Assembly: GCF_020745735.1 (NCBI RefSeq)
Contig: NC_083408.1
Location: 32,766,484-32,830,483 of the forward strand
DNA from: Hemiscyllium ocellatum
Lineage: Eukaryota
Length of the DNA: 64,000 nt
Reading direction: 5' to 3'
Position 1 is the first letter of the stretch. Each line of letters starts with the position of its first letter. The notes beneath the pieces are model-generated. The model made no database searches, had not been told where the DNA came from, and saw only the letters and a program-made list of their open reading frames with translations. This document shows, in pieces, positions 25,595 to 38,339 of the stretch. The translations under genes were made by a program, and so were the position numbers.

Positions 25595-26832
25595 TAAAAA
25601 GTGAGGACTGCAGATGCTGGAGATCACAGCTGAAAATGTGTTGCTGGTTAAAGCGCAGCAGGTCAGGCAGCATTCAAGGAACAGGAAATTCGACGTTTCA
25701 GGCATAAGCCCTCCATCAGGAATGAGGAAAGTGTGTCCAGCAGGCTAAGATAAAAAGTAGGGAGGAGGGATTTGGGGGAGGGGCGATGGAGATGTGATAG
25801 GTGGAAGGAGGTCAAGGTGAGGGTGATAGGCCGGAGTGGGGTGGGGGTGAAGAGGTCAGGAAGAAGATTGCAGGTTAGGAGGGCAGTGCTGAGTTTGAGG
25901 GAATCGACTGAGACAAGGTGGGGGGAGGGGTAATGAGGAAACTGGAGAAATCTGAGTTCATCCCTTGTGGTTGGAAGGTTCTCGGGCAGAAGATGAGGCG
26001 CTCTTCCTCTAACCATCGTGTTGTTATGTTCTGGCGATGGAGGAGTCCAAGGACCTGCATGTCCTTGGTGGAATGGGAGGGGGATTTAAAGTGTTGAGCC
26101 ACGGGGTGTTTGGGTTGGTTGGTCCGGGCGTCCCAGAGGTGTTCCCTGAAGCGTTCCGCAAGTAGGCGGCCCATCTCCCCAATATAGAGGATGCCATATC
26201 GGGTGCAGCGGATGCAATAGATGATGTGTGTGGAGGTGCAGGTGAATTTGTGGTGGATATGGAAGGATCCCTTGGGGCCTTGGAGAGAGGTAAGGGAGGA
26301 GGTGTGGGCGCAAGTTTTGCATTTCCTGCGGTTGCAGGGGAAGGTGCCGGGAGTGGAGGTTGGATTGGTGGGGGGTGTGGACCTGACGAGGGAGTCATGG
26401 AGGGAGTGGTCTTTTCGGAACGCTGATAGGGGAGGGGAGGGAAATATATCCCTGGTGGTGGGGTCCGTTTGGAGGTGGCGGAAATGACAGCGGATAATAC
26501 GCTGTATACGGAGGTTGGTGGGGTGGTAGGTGAGAACCAGTGGGGTTCTATCCTGGTGGCGGTTGGAGGGGCGGGGCTCAATGGCGGAGGAGCTGGAAGT
26601 GGAGGAGATGCGGTGGAGGGCATCGTCGATCACGTCTGGGGGGAATCTGCGGTCTTTGAAGAAGGAGGCCATCTGGGCTGTACGGTATTGGAACTGGTCC
26701 TCCTGGGAGCATATGCGGCGGAGACGAAGGAATTGGGAATATGGGATGGCGTTTTTACAGGGGGCAGGGTGGGAGGAGGTGTAGTCTAGGTAGCTGTGGG
26801 AGTCAGTCGCTTTATAGTAGATGTCTGTGTTT
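25595..26832 (-). mobile_element. Young 5'-truncated Penelope-like element (Neptune-type) with open RT C-terminus and GIY-YIG ORF
   Basis: ORF 25875-26837 contains TDIYYKATDSHSYLDY, IPYSQFLRLRRICS, Cys linker PCNRRKCKTC and IIYCIRC..LYIGEMGR. Terminal hammerhead at 25688-25723. TSD GACATTCAAG at 25585-25594 and 26833-26842. Confidence 0.92.
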
Positions 26833-27110
26833 GACATTCAAGGCCTAATGTATGGGGTTTGGGATAAAGACATGGTAGAATGTGCTCAGGCCCTAAAATT
26901 ATTGAACTCAATACCCAGTCCTGAAGTTACAGGGTCCTCAGTGGAAAATTAGGTATTGTTCTTCCAGCTTGCACTGAGTTTCATTGGAACACTGCAGCAA
27001 GCTTGAGATAGAGATGTTGGCCAGGGAATCACAGTGGTGTGTTGACGTAGCAGGCAACGTGGAGCTCAGAGTCATTTTTGTGACCAAAACATAGGTCTTC
27101 TGGAAACCAG

Positions 27111-27604
27111 GTTAAAAAAAATCACACAGTACCAGGTAATAGTCCAATTGGTTTATTTAGAAATACAAAATTTCAGAGCACTGCTAATTTGTCAGGTAGC
27201 TACCGGGGTAGGATCACAGTCACAGAATTTATAGTAAAAGATCAAAGTGTCATACAACTGATGCAATGTATTGAACAAACCTAGATTGCTGTTCAGTTAT
27301 TGCTGTTGTTAATCACTTAGAATGGGTTGCAGATTTTGATTCATTAATTAACCGAAACCTGCAAGTGATTAAGTGTTTAAGACTTAACAGTAATCGAGGT
27401 TTGTTCAATACATCACATCAGCTGTTTGACACTTTGATCTTTTACTATAAATTCTGTTTCCAATGATCCTGCCCCACTAACTAACTGATGAAGGAGCAGC
27501 ACTCTGAAAGCTTGTACTTCCAAATAAACCAGTTGGACTATAATGTGGTGTTGTGTGACTTCTAACTTTGTCCACCCCAGTCCAACATTGGCACCTCCAC
27601 ATCA
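27111..27604. mobile_element. Fold-back PLE-terminus element (second family) with hammerhead core
   Basis: Inverted arms of about 230 bp. CTGATGA-AGGAGCAGCACTCT-GAAA-GCTT at 27485-27513. Imperfect TSD TTCTG(G/C)AAACCAG at 27098-27110 and 27605-27617. Confidence 0.8.
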
Positions 27605-28500
27605 TTCTGCAAACCAGTCATCCAAGGCTGTATTTTGACTCCTCAGCGTAGAGTAGACCTCAATGTGAGCAGCAGATACAGTAAACTAGATAGAGTGAAG
27701 TGCAGGTAAATCACTGCTTCACCTGGAAGGTGTGTCTGGGGCCTTGGATAATGAGGAAGAAGGAAGTAAACATCAGGTGTTAGACTTTGTGTGATTGCAT
27801 GAGAAGGTGCCATGGTGTTATAAGGATGTATTGGGAATGGGAGAGGTTTTGGGAGTGGAGAAGGAGTGGACTAGGATATCTCAGATGGTACAGTCTCTGC
27901 AGAAGGCTGACAAGGGAGGGGATTATGGTCTGGTGGTTAGCATCCTGCTGAAGATTGCAGAAATGGCAGTTAATGATCCGTTAGGTGTGGAGACTAGTGA
28001 GGTGGTGAGTGAAGACTGGGGTTTGCTGTCCCATTACTGTTGTCGGAGGGATGAGAAAGGGTGAGACTGAAGTGTAGGAAATGGGTCAGACATAGGTGAG
28101 GGCCCTGTTAATCATGGTGGTGGTGAATCTTCTGCTGAAGCCCCCTTGTAGAAACTGGCAGTATCGGAATTGATGCGGCAGATATGGATAAACTGGGAGA
28201 ATGGAATAGAGTTTTTATAGGATGTAGGGAGTGAGGATATAGAGTCAAGCTAACTGTGAGGGTTGGTGGGTTTTAGTGGACATTAGACACTTTACGTTCT
28301 CTGACCCCACTCGCTCATTTGAATCTATCTCCCTCTGAATTGTCTGCACTCTATGCTCTTAAATTCAATCCTGACTTTGTAGTCAAGCCTGCTGACAAGG
28401 ATGGTGCTGTTGTCTGGTGTTCATAAAGAATTATTCAAACACGAAATATGTATAAAACATGACTTTATCTCTACTATGCTACTGCCTCAAGAGAGCTATT

Positions 28501-28712
28501 TCATAGAACCCTCTACAATGTGGAAACAGGCCATTTGGCCCAAGGAGTCCACACCGACCCTCCGTAGAATAACCCATCCAGACCCATTACCCTACCCTAT
28601 TACTCTATATTTATCCCTGAACAGCATGGCCAATTCACCTGACCTGCACATCTTTGGATTGTGGGAGGAAACCAGAGCACCCGAAGGAAACCCATGCAGA
28701 CACAGGGAGAAT
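28501..28712 (-). mobile_element. HE1-type SINE (partial)
   Basis: GGAAACAGGCC..CATCTTTGGATTGTGGGAGGAAACC..GACACAGGGAGAATG. Confidence 0.8.
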
Positions 28713-29087
28713 GACGCAGACACTAGCAGTTATGTAATACTTTATCTCTTCCCAATGTTGATGTCGATTATCTTGTTTACATACACATGGTAACCCTTTA
28801 CACAACATTGACATCCAACCTGGACCATTTTAGAATCAAATTTCTTTTATCAAGTGAAACACACTCAAAGGACTTCTGCCATACCTGCCTGCTGCTCCAT
28901 TCTGCTGGAAGAACAGCCACATCTCTTGCCATCTACTTATTTTAGACTACTGCTTACAGAAGCATGCTATCCACATAGCTCTCATATTCCCTCACAATAT
29001 ATTGTAGTACTGCAAAATGCTGCTCAAACTCTGAAACTTGGAGTCTGAGTTCCTCCCCTTCACAACAAAAATGTAAGGTAGTGGTAC

Positions 29088-29760
29088 TGGGAGATGGCAG
29101 CTTTCGGGCGCCAGGCAGACTTACTCTTATTATCTTTTTTCTTTTTCTTCATCTTCTTCCTGTTGGTGGCAGTGGAAAAGGTGACATCATGGAGGGGAGC
29201 TGCCAGAGTAGGACCTTTAGCAGGGTGATGGCCTGGCCTGGCAGTGAAGCAAGGGGCTCCTGGTTGTGGTGGGCCTGGTGCGGGAAGTTCTGGTTATTGA
29301 CATGGTAGTGGCGGCAGTTCCTGGTTGTGGCAGCCTGGAGCTGGGGTCATTTGTTGTTGTCAAGACAATGGTGGTAGTGAAGCCGGAGAGTCCTGGTTGC
29401 GGGGCGAGTGCAGGTCCAGCATGGGACCTGGCATTGGTGACTTGTCAGTAAGGTGGGTCCACTGACAATGAGATGGTGCCTGAAGAGTGATGACTATGAC
29501 GTTGGTGGTTACGGCACGGTTGTTGTTGGTCAGCCGGCTCAGGGCTTGGGGCACATTGTGGAGGCAGCAGAGCAGAGGTGGACTTTCTTTCAGCTTTATC
29601 TTTTTATTCTTGGAGTATTCAAATGATGCTGGATTGTGGCAACAGTTGAAGCGTTTCACTGTGTTGTGTATTGTAGAGTTTAAGTGAAATAAGTCATTAC
29701 CAAAATCATCTTTCCTGCACGTATCATTGTTCAGGGCATGAGAAGCATCCTGGAATTCCC
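29088..29760 (+). mobile_element. Decayed retroposon of the AGATGGC-headed family (related piece at 30712-31130)
   Basis: Same architecture as 24172-25042: AGATGGCAG head, CT tract, GGCAG-rich body, TTTCACTGT..AAATAA tail. Confidence 0.45.
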
Positions 29761-29956
29761 ACATGGCACAGAATGTATCTGCTCAAATCTGCAACCTGTC
29801 CATTTTCCCTAATCTCTTATATCCTTTGTGTACAGTCTGTTTTTGGACTTTTAATGAATTACTTGATTTAGTTTAAATTACGGGAGAATGTTTACACAAA
29901 CCATGACAAGTAAGAGCACTAAAATCCCGCTACCAACTCCAAAAAGGGAGGATCAG

Positions 29957-30075
29957 AGGGCTTATGCCCGAAACGTCGAATTTCCTATTCCTTGGATGCT
30001 GCCTGACCTGCTGTGCTTTAACCAGCAACACATTTTCAACTGTGATCTCCAGCATCTGCAGACCTCATTTTTTAC
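29957..30075 (+). mobile_element. PLE 3' terminus truncated within the hammerhead
   Basis: AGGGCTTATGCCCGAAACGTCGAAT..CAGCATCTGCAGACCTCATTTTTTAC. Confidence 0.8.
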
Positions 30076-31134
30076 CCACACTTATCAGAAAAGATGTGTT
30101 TAGTGTTGGGATCACTGGTAGAAAAGACAGAGGACGGTACATTGATTACTGGTTAAGTGAAAAGTAAGGATATGGGGAACCATATCATGGTCGTTGGATG
30201 GGGTGGGGAATGTAGAATGGGTTGACAGTAGAAGTATGGGAAATAAAATGAATACAGTCAAGGGCCTTGTCAACCTTGGTGGAGAGAATTGTTTTTAAAT
30301 AAATAGAAACAGATCAGAAACATTTGTGTGGAAGATCTATTGCATGATAGCAATAAACACAACTACATGTTACTTGGCCTTACCTCTGAAAGCTAGCATG
30401 CATCCCCACATCAGATTGTATCTGACATCAGTAGAGGGAGTGGTGCCAATTAACACCTTCAGAACCATACATCTTCACCCCGCCTCCTAGTTTATATCCC
30501 AATAGTTAACCCATTATATAATTATGTATGTAAGTATATTATATAAACACAAAGCCAATATCCTACCACACCGTCTCTGACTTCTCAAAAGTAGGTAGAA
30601 ATATATAAAATGTTCTTACTCAGAATTCACTTTCTTCAGACTCTTTCCCTTGAAGACTGTGCATCACTTCTCTGCTGTAGGATCTTTTATCTCTCTGATA
30701 TTCTTCATGGAGGTAAGATGGCAGTGAGTACGACTTCTGAGCCCTGGGCTTGTCCGCTCCATCTGCTTTTCTTCTCTTTTGTTTCTCGCTTCTCTTGTTG
30801 TTTTTCTAGCAGTGACAAGTTCGGTGATGGCAGGTAGGCCCGGCAGCATGGACTCGAATAGGCACAGCAGCACAGACTAATGGTGACGGCGACAGAGGCA
30901 GGGTTGGGTTCACCATCATCGAGGCAGTCCTAGCGCCAAGTCATGGCTGATGCTGCGGAGGAGGAGGAGGAAGAGAAAAGTTTGGGTTCCCGGTGGCTTC
31001 TGCTTCCAGCACAGATTCATGGAGGCAGCAGCTGAAGGTGAGTTTGAGCCCAGTAAGAGACCCAGTAGCATCAGCAGCAGCATCATTCACAAGGTGGGCC
31101 TAACACGGACTCATGGCAGCAGCGGAGTTGAGTT

Positions 31135-31555
31135 TGTAACATTCCTATACTTCTGACAGATGATCCACCTGCACCATGTAGTCTTACCTCTGTATGCTGT
31201 AATTCCTGCTTCATCAGCCATAGTAACTGGTCTGATAGGATAGTAACACTTGCTCCTGTATCAGTTAGAAAACTGAACCTGCAGTCATATCTCGACCACA
31301 ATCTCATCATACTGGTTGGAGGAGATTGACAAGCTCCCAAAGAACAACTGGTCCAGAGCAAACTGCCTTCAAGGACAAACCACTTTTGACCAAGCAATTA
31401 ACTGACACCAATGTAATGGGTTCCCCAGACTGATAGCAGAATACAAACAAGTGAAAGAATCAAGTGAGATGTTATATTGGTATGAGAGCTGTTTGACTCT
31501 GTCAACATAGAGGAAGTCACAGACTTCACACGAGAAAAGGCCCCAGCCTATTCAG
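31135..31555. repeat. Local templated duplication (direct plus inverted) of the Gypsy remnant
   Basis: 31135-31263 is a direct copy of 35061-35189. 31262-31555 is the reverse complement of 35010-34803 joined to 31820-31727. Confidence 0.85.
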
Positions 31556-31826
31556 TACCAATGGCATCAGTGGCATCTGCATTGGTGAGATCCATCCAGT
31601 GGCAAGGATGTCAGTAACGCCAAAGAGTGGGCAACTTTCATTCCAGCAGCACAGTGAGGGGGATTCGTGCTTGGCCACCAGGCCTATTATGGAGCATTCA
31701 ACAAGATGGACCATAAAGTTGGACACTTTGAATAGGCTGGTGCCTTTTCTCATGTGAAGTCTGTGACTTCCTCTATGTTGACAAAGTCAAACAGCTCTCT
31801 TATACCAATGTAACATCTCAATTGAT

Positions 31827-34802
31827 ACACCTGGTCACGGGCAGATGGGTCTATCCGCTCAAGGATAGATTACCTGTTTGTGTCCCGAATGCTTTTGGTC
31901 AGATCAAGCCAGTGTTCTTTTCTGACCACTGCCTCCTGCTGGCTGACTGTCACCTACATGATGAGCAGCGGGCTGGTAAAGGAACGTGGAAGCTGAACAC
32001 AAAGCTGTTGACCCTGGGAAACATTGAGAAGCTCAAGGGGGGTTACGTAGATTGGACAACTGTGAAGCCCCTCTTTGAGTCCCCAGCGGACTGGTGGGAA
32101 ACAGTAAAAGGGAACATCAAAATGTTCTTCATCCTCAAAGGTGTTCAGGAGACAAGAGAGAGGCGGGGGAAACTGTCCCAGCTCCAGGTAAGTATGCAGA
32201 ACCTGCTCCTGCTACAGATGATGGAGTCGATGTCACGGAGGACCTCAAGGAGGTGAAGGGCCAGCAAGCCTTGCTCTTTGCCTCAGAGGCCTCCAAGATA
32301 ATCTTCCGGTCCAGGATCCACTCGGTGGAGCAGGACGAGACGTGCTCACGTTTCTTCTTCCAGAAGGTGCACAAAGAGAGCTCTGTGCTCAGCAGCCTGA
32401 AGGAAGAAGATGGCTTGATAACGTCATCTCAGGCTGACGTCATGAGGATCAGCAAATCCTTCTATGCCAGTCTGTATGACTCGAAGCCAATGGACAGCGC
32501 GGCCTCCCAGTCATTCCTGTCCTCTATCATGGAGGTCTTAGACAACAGAACACAGGAGAGGCTGGACCAGCCGCTATCTCTGGAAGAGCTGACCAGGGCC
32601 CTCGAGTCCTTCGAAAAGAACAAAGCGACGGCTTACGGTTGAGCTCTATTCTGCTCTGTGGGACTTGATTGGCCAGGACCTGCTGGAGGAGTATGTCAGT
32701 GTGTTTCTGGCAGGAACCATGAGTGAATCCATGAGGAAAGGCATCATCACCCTCATCTACAAGCAGAAGGGGAGAGGGAGGAAATCAGAAATTGGAGACC
32801 AATCTCACTATTGAATGCAGTTTACAAAATTTTGTCAAAGGTCATCGCCAACCGGGTCAGGTCTGCTCTGGGGTCAGTGATTCACCCTGATCAAACCTGT
32901 GCTGTGCCGGGCAGGAAGATCGCTGAGAGTCTCGCACTCCTCAGGGATACGATCGCCCACGTGCAGGACAGAGGGTTGGACACCTGCCTCATCAGCCTGG
33001 ACCAGGAGAAAGCCTTTGACAGGATATCACACACGTATATGAGAGATGTTCTCTCCAAAATGGGCTTTGGGGAGGGAATCTGCAAATGGATTAGACTGCT
33101 CTACACCAACATTGTCCGTGCAGTCTCAATCAATGGGTGGGAATCAGATAGCTTCCCAGTCAGATTTGGAGTCAGGCAGGGCTGCCCTCTCTCTCCTGCC
33201 TTGTTTGTGTGATGCATAGAGTCATTTGCTGAGTCCATCAGGAAGGATGCGAGCCTGAGAGGGGTGACTATTTCTGGTAGTGGGGGCCTACAGGTTAAGG
33301 CCTCCCTGTACATGGATGACATCACCGTTTTCTGCTAGGATCCGATGTCCGTGCACAGATTGATGTGCATATGTGACCAGTTCGAACGGGCCTCGGGGGT
33401 CCAAGGTAAACCGAGGCAAGAGCGAGGCCTTGCTCTTCGGGAACTGGGCCGACCAACCCTCGATCCCCTTCACCATCAGGACCGACCACCTGAAGGTGCT
33501 GAGTATTTCGTACGACGAGGCTGGGGCTTATCAAGAAAGTGAGGCAGAAACTGGGCAGATGGAAGTTACGGTCACTCTCCATCGCAGGTAAAAACCTGGT
33601 CATCAGGTGTGAGGCACTGTCAGTGTTGTTATACGTGGCACAGGTCTGGCCTATTCCCAGAACTGTGCCACTGCAGTCACACGGGCTATCTTCCAATTTA
33701 TATGGAGATCAAAGATGGACCGGGTCTGAAGGGACTCGATGTACAAAGATCTGGGCAACGGTAGAAGAAACACACCCAATGTCACCCTCACCCTGATGGC
33801 CACCTTTGTGTGTGGCTGCATCAAGCTGTGCATGAATCCCTGGTACGCAAACACCAAGTGTCACTACGTACTGAGGTTCTACCTGTCCCCGGTGTTGCAA
33901 AGAATGGGCCTGGCCTCGCTGCCGCAGAACGCTCAGAGTAGTTGGACCATTCTGTATCACCTGTCCTTCATGGAGAAGTTTATGAAGAAAAACACCTTTG
34001 ACCACAAGTCCATTAGGAAGTGGTCAGCACGCAGTGTCCTTGAGACCCTTCGGGAAAAGGAGAGGGCGGATCCTATCAAGCAGTTCCCTGAGCAGATTGT
34101 CAAAGTCATTTGGCAGAATGCCTCATTGCCAGAACTTTCCAACAAGCACCAAGACATGGCTTGGCTGGTGGTGAGAAGGGCTCTGCCTGTGAGATCTTCT
34201 ATGCATGCCCGGACTCTCTCCCGCACCGCACGCTGTCCTCGAAGCGGCTGCAGGGGGGACGAGACTGTCACACACCTCCTTCTGGAATGTGCCTATGCAG
34301 AAGAAGTCTGGAGAGGAATGCAGTGGTGTTTGTCGAGCAGCGCCGTGACACGGGAGTCCATGCTGTATGGTCTGTCCCCCGGGATGCACACCGAGACGAT
34401 CATCAACTCGGTGAAGGACACTCTCTGGGCGGTCCGAAACCTGTTGATCTTCCAGCTGAAGGAGTTGACCCTGACTGAGTGTTGCAGACTGACACATTCC
34501 AAGGTCCAAGACTATATGTTGAGGGATGTGCTGAAGCTTGGGGCAGCTGCTGCCAAGGCACAGTGGGGAAAGACCACCGTGTAACATCTGCCTACTTAAG
34601 AAGAACCGGGGGCCCATGCAGTAAGTGGGTTCTGCTGACACCTCAGCAGAAGAGCTGGATAGTAAATGTACAGACTTGTATATAGGAAAAATAAATTTTG
34701 ATGTATGTAAAGCAATGTAATGTGTGCACAAGAATGGCATGACCAATTGTAAAGGGATCCAAATAACTTTATATGAATAAAGTTTATTTTTGATAAAAAA
34801 AT
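31827..34802 (+). mobile_element. 5'-truncated Tx1-clade (L1-like) LINE with disrupted ORF2
   Basis: Endonuclease end TWSRADGSIRSRIDYL..FSDHC. RT motifs QTCAVPGR, SLDQEKAFDR, GVRQGCPLSP, and YMDD at 33309-33320. C-terminal CPRSGC..ETVTHLLLEC. AATAAA plus A-tail. TSD TCTCA(A/C)TTGAT at 31816-31826 and 34803-34813. Confidence 0.92.
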
Positions 34803-36420
34803 TCTCACTTGATTCTTTCATCTGTTTGTACTCTGCTATCAGTCTGGGAAACCCATTACATTGGTGTCAGTTAATTGCTTGGTGAAAAGTAGTTTGTCCT
34901 CGGAAGCAATTTGCTCTGGACCAGTTGTTCTTTGGGAGCTTGTCAATCTCCTCCAATTAGTATGTTAAGGTTGCAGTTGAGACATGACTGCAGGCTCAGT
35001 TTTCTAACTGAACAACCTGCATATGTTCAACTATTTTTTATGTTGTCTTGCAGTATAACTTGTAACATTCCTATGCTTCTGACAGTTGCTCCACCTGTAC
35101 CATGTAGTCTTACCTCTGTGTGCTGTAATTTCTGTTTCTTCAGCCATGGTGACTGGGCTGGTAGAATAGTAGCACTTGCTCCTGTATCAAACAAAAATCT
35201 CCAGGATGTCCATTGACCCAGTCAATTTCAGTCTCTTGTAGCTTGTCTGAATTAGCTCGTTCTCTTAGGTATGACTCATATTTTTTCTCTAATGGAGGCT
35301 TCTCATCAAATGCAGTTATCTTTTCTAATGGTGCTGTGTTTTACTGTGTAGGTTCAACATGTGTGCCTGCCAGCATATCTACTGTTCTGAAACTGACTTT
35401 CTTCTGCAAAACTTTTGGAGGTAACCTACAGTTTTAAAACTGCAGCATTCCTTAGTGGTGGTTTTGGATCTTGTCTGTGCCTATAAGGCCTTGTTGTCTT
35501 GCAGTCCTGATGCTTTTTCTTGCATCTGGTATCTGACTTGTGCCCTCGGTAGGCTTGACACATGCTTCTCTAGAGTATATTCACCATCTAAAGTGCATAG
35601 ACTCTTTGAGAATGTGTTGGTGTTCTCCTCTCTGAATCTGTCTTTAAGTCATTCTGGTTTCTACTTCGAGCACAATATGATTAGTTTTCTCCAAAGCTAA
35701 ACCTTCTTTGGACTGCGAGAAGACTGATAAAGTTGCATCAAAAATTCTGACAACTATTTTGCCTCTTACAAATTCTGTTTCCAAAGTTTCACAAGTATAC
35801 TTATCTCAAATCTGTAGAAGCTCATCAACTAAACTGTCAGTGGATTTCCCTGGAAGTGGAAATTCTTCTGTTAATTATTGTTCATTCAATAATTTTATTG
35901 TTCTTAAATTGAAGCAATTATCAAAGGCTTTGATGATGATCTCCCTTTGATATTTTATCTCTTAACAACACTTATTGGAACATTAACATGATTAGCTTCA
36001 GTCTTAATGTTTGGGCTTGAGGCAATGCTGTAGCTTAAGAACTGACACTTGCATGAAATTCAATCTTGTGTTCTGTGTAGTCCTTAGCTAATCTTGAATC
36101 TGTTAGGAAGTACCATATCCTTTCTTTTCATTTCTGATTAATGTGTTAATTAATCTTATTACTTGAAAGGTATATTTAGATCTGTATACTTTTAATATTG
36201 TTTTAAAGATGTTATTGTTAATTTATCAATGTTGGTTTAAACTGAATGACAGTAGGGCTTGCTATCTTCTCTCTCACAGTAATGTTTATTTGCCAATCTT
36301 TGTAATTCTGTAATACTGTATTGAATTCTTCAATAAGGCTTTAAAGTGTATTACTGGCAGTTCTGTAGTGCTTCACTGTTTTCAAGCTTTTTAAATCTGG
36401 TTTCTTGCATCTGTACTGCT
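34803..36420 (-). mobile_element. Decayed Gypsy LTR-retrotransposon gag/protease remnant (continues at 31727-31826)
   Basis: Minus strand gives FDTGASATIL..LQHTEVRLHGTGG (aspartic protease, about 35080-35195) and gag-like FVRGKIVVRIFDATLS..LALEK (about 35680-35775). Confidence 0.7.
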
Positions 36421-36527
36421 GTTTGCTCGAGCTTCCCACATTTTAAAAATGACTAAAATAGTGGCTACCTGCTTTTTCTAAGATTCTTCCATTCTCTACA
36501 GCCAAGGTGGAATTTCCACCTTTTTTT

Positions 36528-36878
36528 TCATAGAATTCACAAAATGGAAACAGGCCATTCAGCCCAACAAGTCCACACTGACTCTCTGAACAGCAACCCA
36601 CTCTGCCCCATTTCCCCACCCTATCACTTTGCATTTACAAAGGCTTATCAACGTAACTTATATATTCCTGAACACTATGGGCAATTTAGCATGGCCAATC
36701 CACCTATCCTGCACATCTTTGAACTATGAGAAAAGAAACAGAGTATCCAGAGAGTACCCACGCAGACATGGGGAGGATGTGAAAACTCCACACAGACGAT
36801 CATCCGAGGGTAAAACTGAACTAAGATCCCTAGTACTGTGAAGCAGCAGTGCTAATCACTGAGCCATCATGCCACCCC
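36528..36878 (-). mobile_element. HE1-type SINE
   Basis: Full reverse-oriented body ending GCAGCAGTGCTAATCACTGAGCCATCATGCCACCC. Confidence 0.8.
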
Positions 36879-38339
36879 AAAGCCTTAGGCAACACATACA
36901 TTTTCTACTCATCAGTGTATAAAACACCAAGCACTTTCTTCTACATTTTTAATAGGTTCTATGTTTGTGGCCTTTAGAAATCTTACCACCAAAATTGTGG
37001 CTTAATTAGAGTCTCAGTCCTTTTAAATTCTTACTTCTCTTCACTTTTTTTGCTACTGCCATGTTATTTTAATCGATTTCTATAGATTTGCTGATTTTCA
37101 GATTAAATAAATGCAGAAGCATACCTGATCTAAAATTCTCTTCTGGCAGATTAACCTCTGATTGCAGCTGCGCCTCATGGACCATAAGTGGTGATGCTTA
37201 TTGTAAAAGATGAGAACTATCTTCTCCTTTCCGTTGCCCTCTTGTTCTGAAGAGATTTTTCTTAAAGTTATTTGTTTTTTTACCCTTAGGGATTTCTAAC
37301 TTTATGCCCTGCAGCCTTCAGTTGCTCCTTAAAAAGCCTCCTTCACTCAGGTAATGCTTTAAGTTGGGCTGTTTTCTCTGTTAGCTAAGTGCATACTTTT
37401 GCTTTAGTGCTCCTTACCAGCTTCTGACTGATTTTTGTTGTCAGTACTGAACTTGCCCTCTTGTTGATCCCATGACTGTTAATGATCATGTTTAAACTGC
37501 TTCTGTTCTTTAGATACGGTTTTTTTGAAAACAAATCTGCTCTTAATTTGATTAACTCGCTTGCTTGACATTTTTTTCCAAAGGAATTTCTTCCCATTGT
37601 GGCTAGAATCAGATCCACACAGTTGTAATCATGTGGGTTTTTTTTCGGATACTATTCCTGGTACCTTGTGGTGTTTGCTGCTTCTACCTATATGTGATAC
37701 TAGGTCAGGATTGTTTGAGGTAGTTCACTAATCCTCCTTTGTGTTTACTTTGTCTTAGCCCAATCTACAAGTTTATTGTATGATAGCAATAAATACAACA
37801 ACATTTGGTCAGGAATATTTACTAGGCCCTTGGGGAACTGGTACATTTAAAGCTGCTCCCTCTGAAAGCTAGAGTAGAACTATTTGTTTCCCTCTCCCCT
37901 TCCCCCACCAACGGTGTGTGATATCAGCATTATCGATGCAGCCAACCTAGCATGAGCATTATCCATTAAGGAACAATTACCTTACACAATTGATCCTCCT
38001 TTCACAAAGGACAAGTGAACTAAACAGGATTTTATGACATTGTGGTAGTTTTTTAATCACTATTCTAATGCTAAATTTATGTTGTTGTGGTGAGACCTGA
38101 ACTCGTTAGTCCAGGTCTCTGCATCACTGGCACTGACAAGTGAAGGAATGAAGCTGGCTTCCAGGGGACATTAGTTGATGGCTTGTCTCCAGGAATAAAG
38201 ACAAAAAGTCATGGGAGACAAAGGAAAAATTGGAGATGGACCACATGCAAGCAAGGGAAAAACTTAAATTTGAAACAAAGTTGACGCTAGTGTCTGTCAC
38301 GAGGTCAGCCAGGTGGACCTCATTGAATATTGAATATAG

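Larger units (their letters stand above)
25283..28430 (-). mobile_element. Old Penelope element hosting two younger PLE insertions; its 5' segment (28290-28430) is inverted
   Basis: PLE terminus at 25283-25390. Decayed GIY-YIG/RT on the minus strand at 26845-28285. Plus-strand NLSPSELSALYALKFNPDFVVKPADKDGAVV at about 28320-28425. Confidence 0.65.

Noticed and set aside
31083-31397. Stand-alone aspartic protease ORF (DTGA)
   Set aside because: It is a chimeric frame created by the templated duplication junction in a decayed Gypsy remnant.
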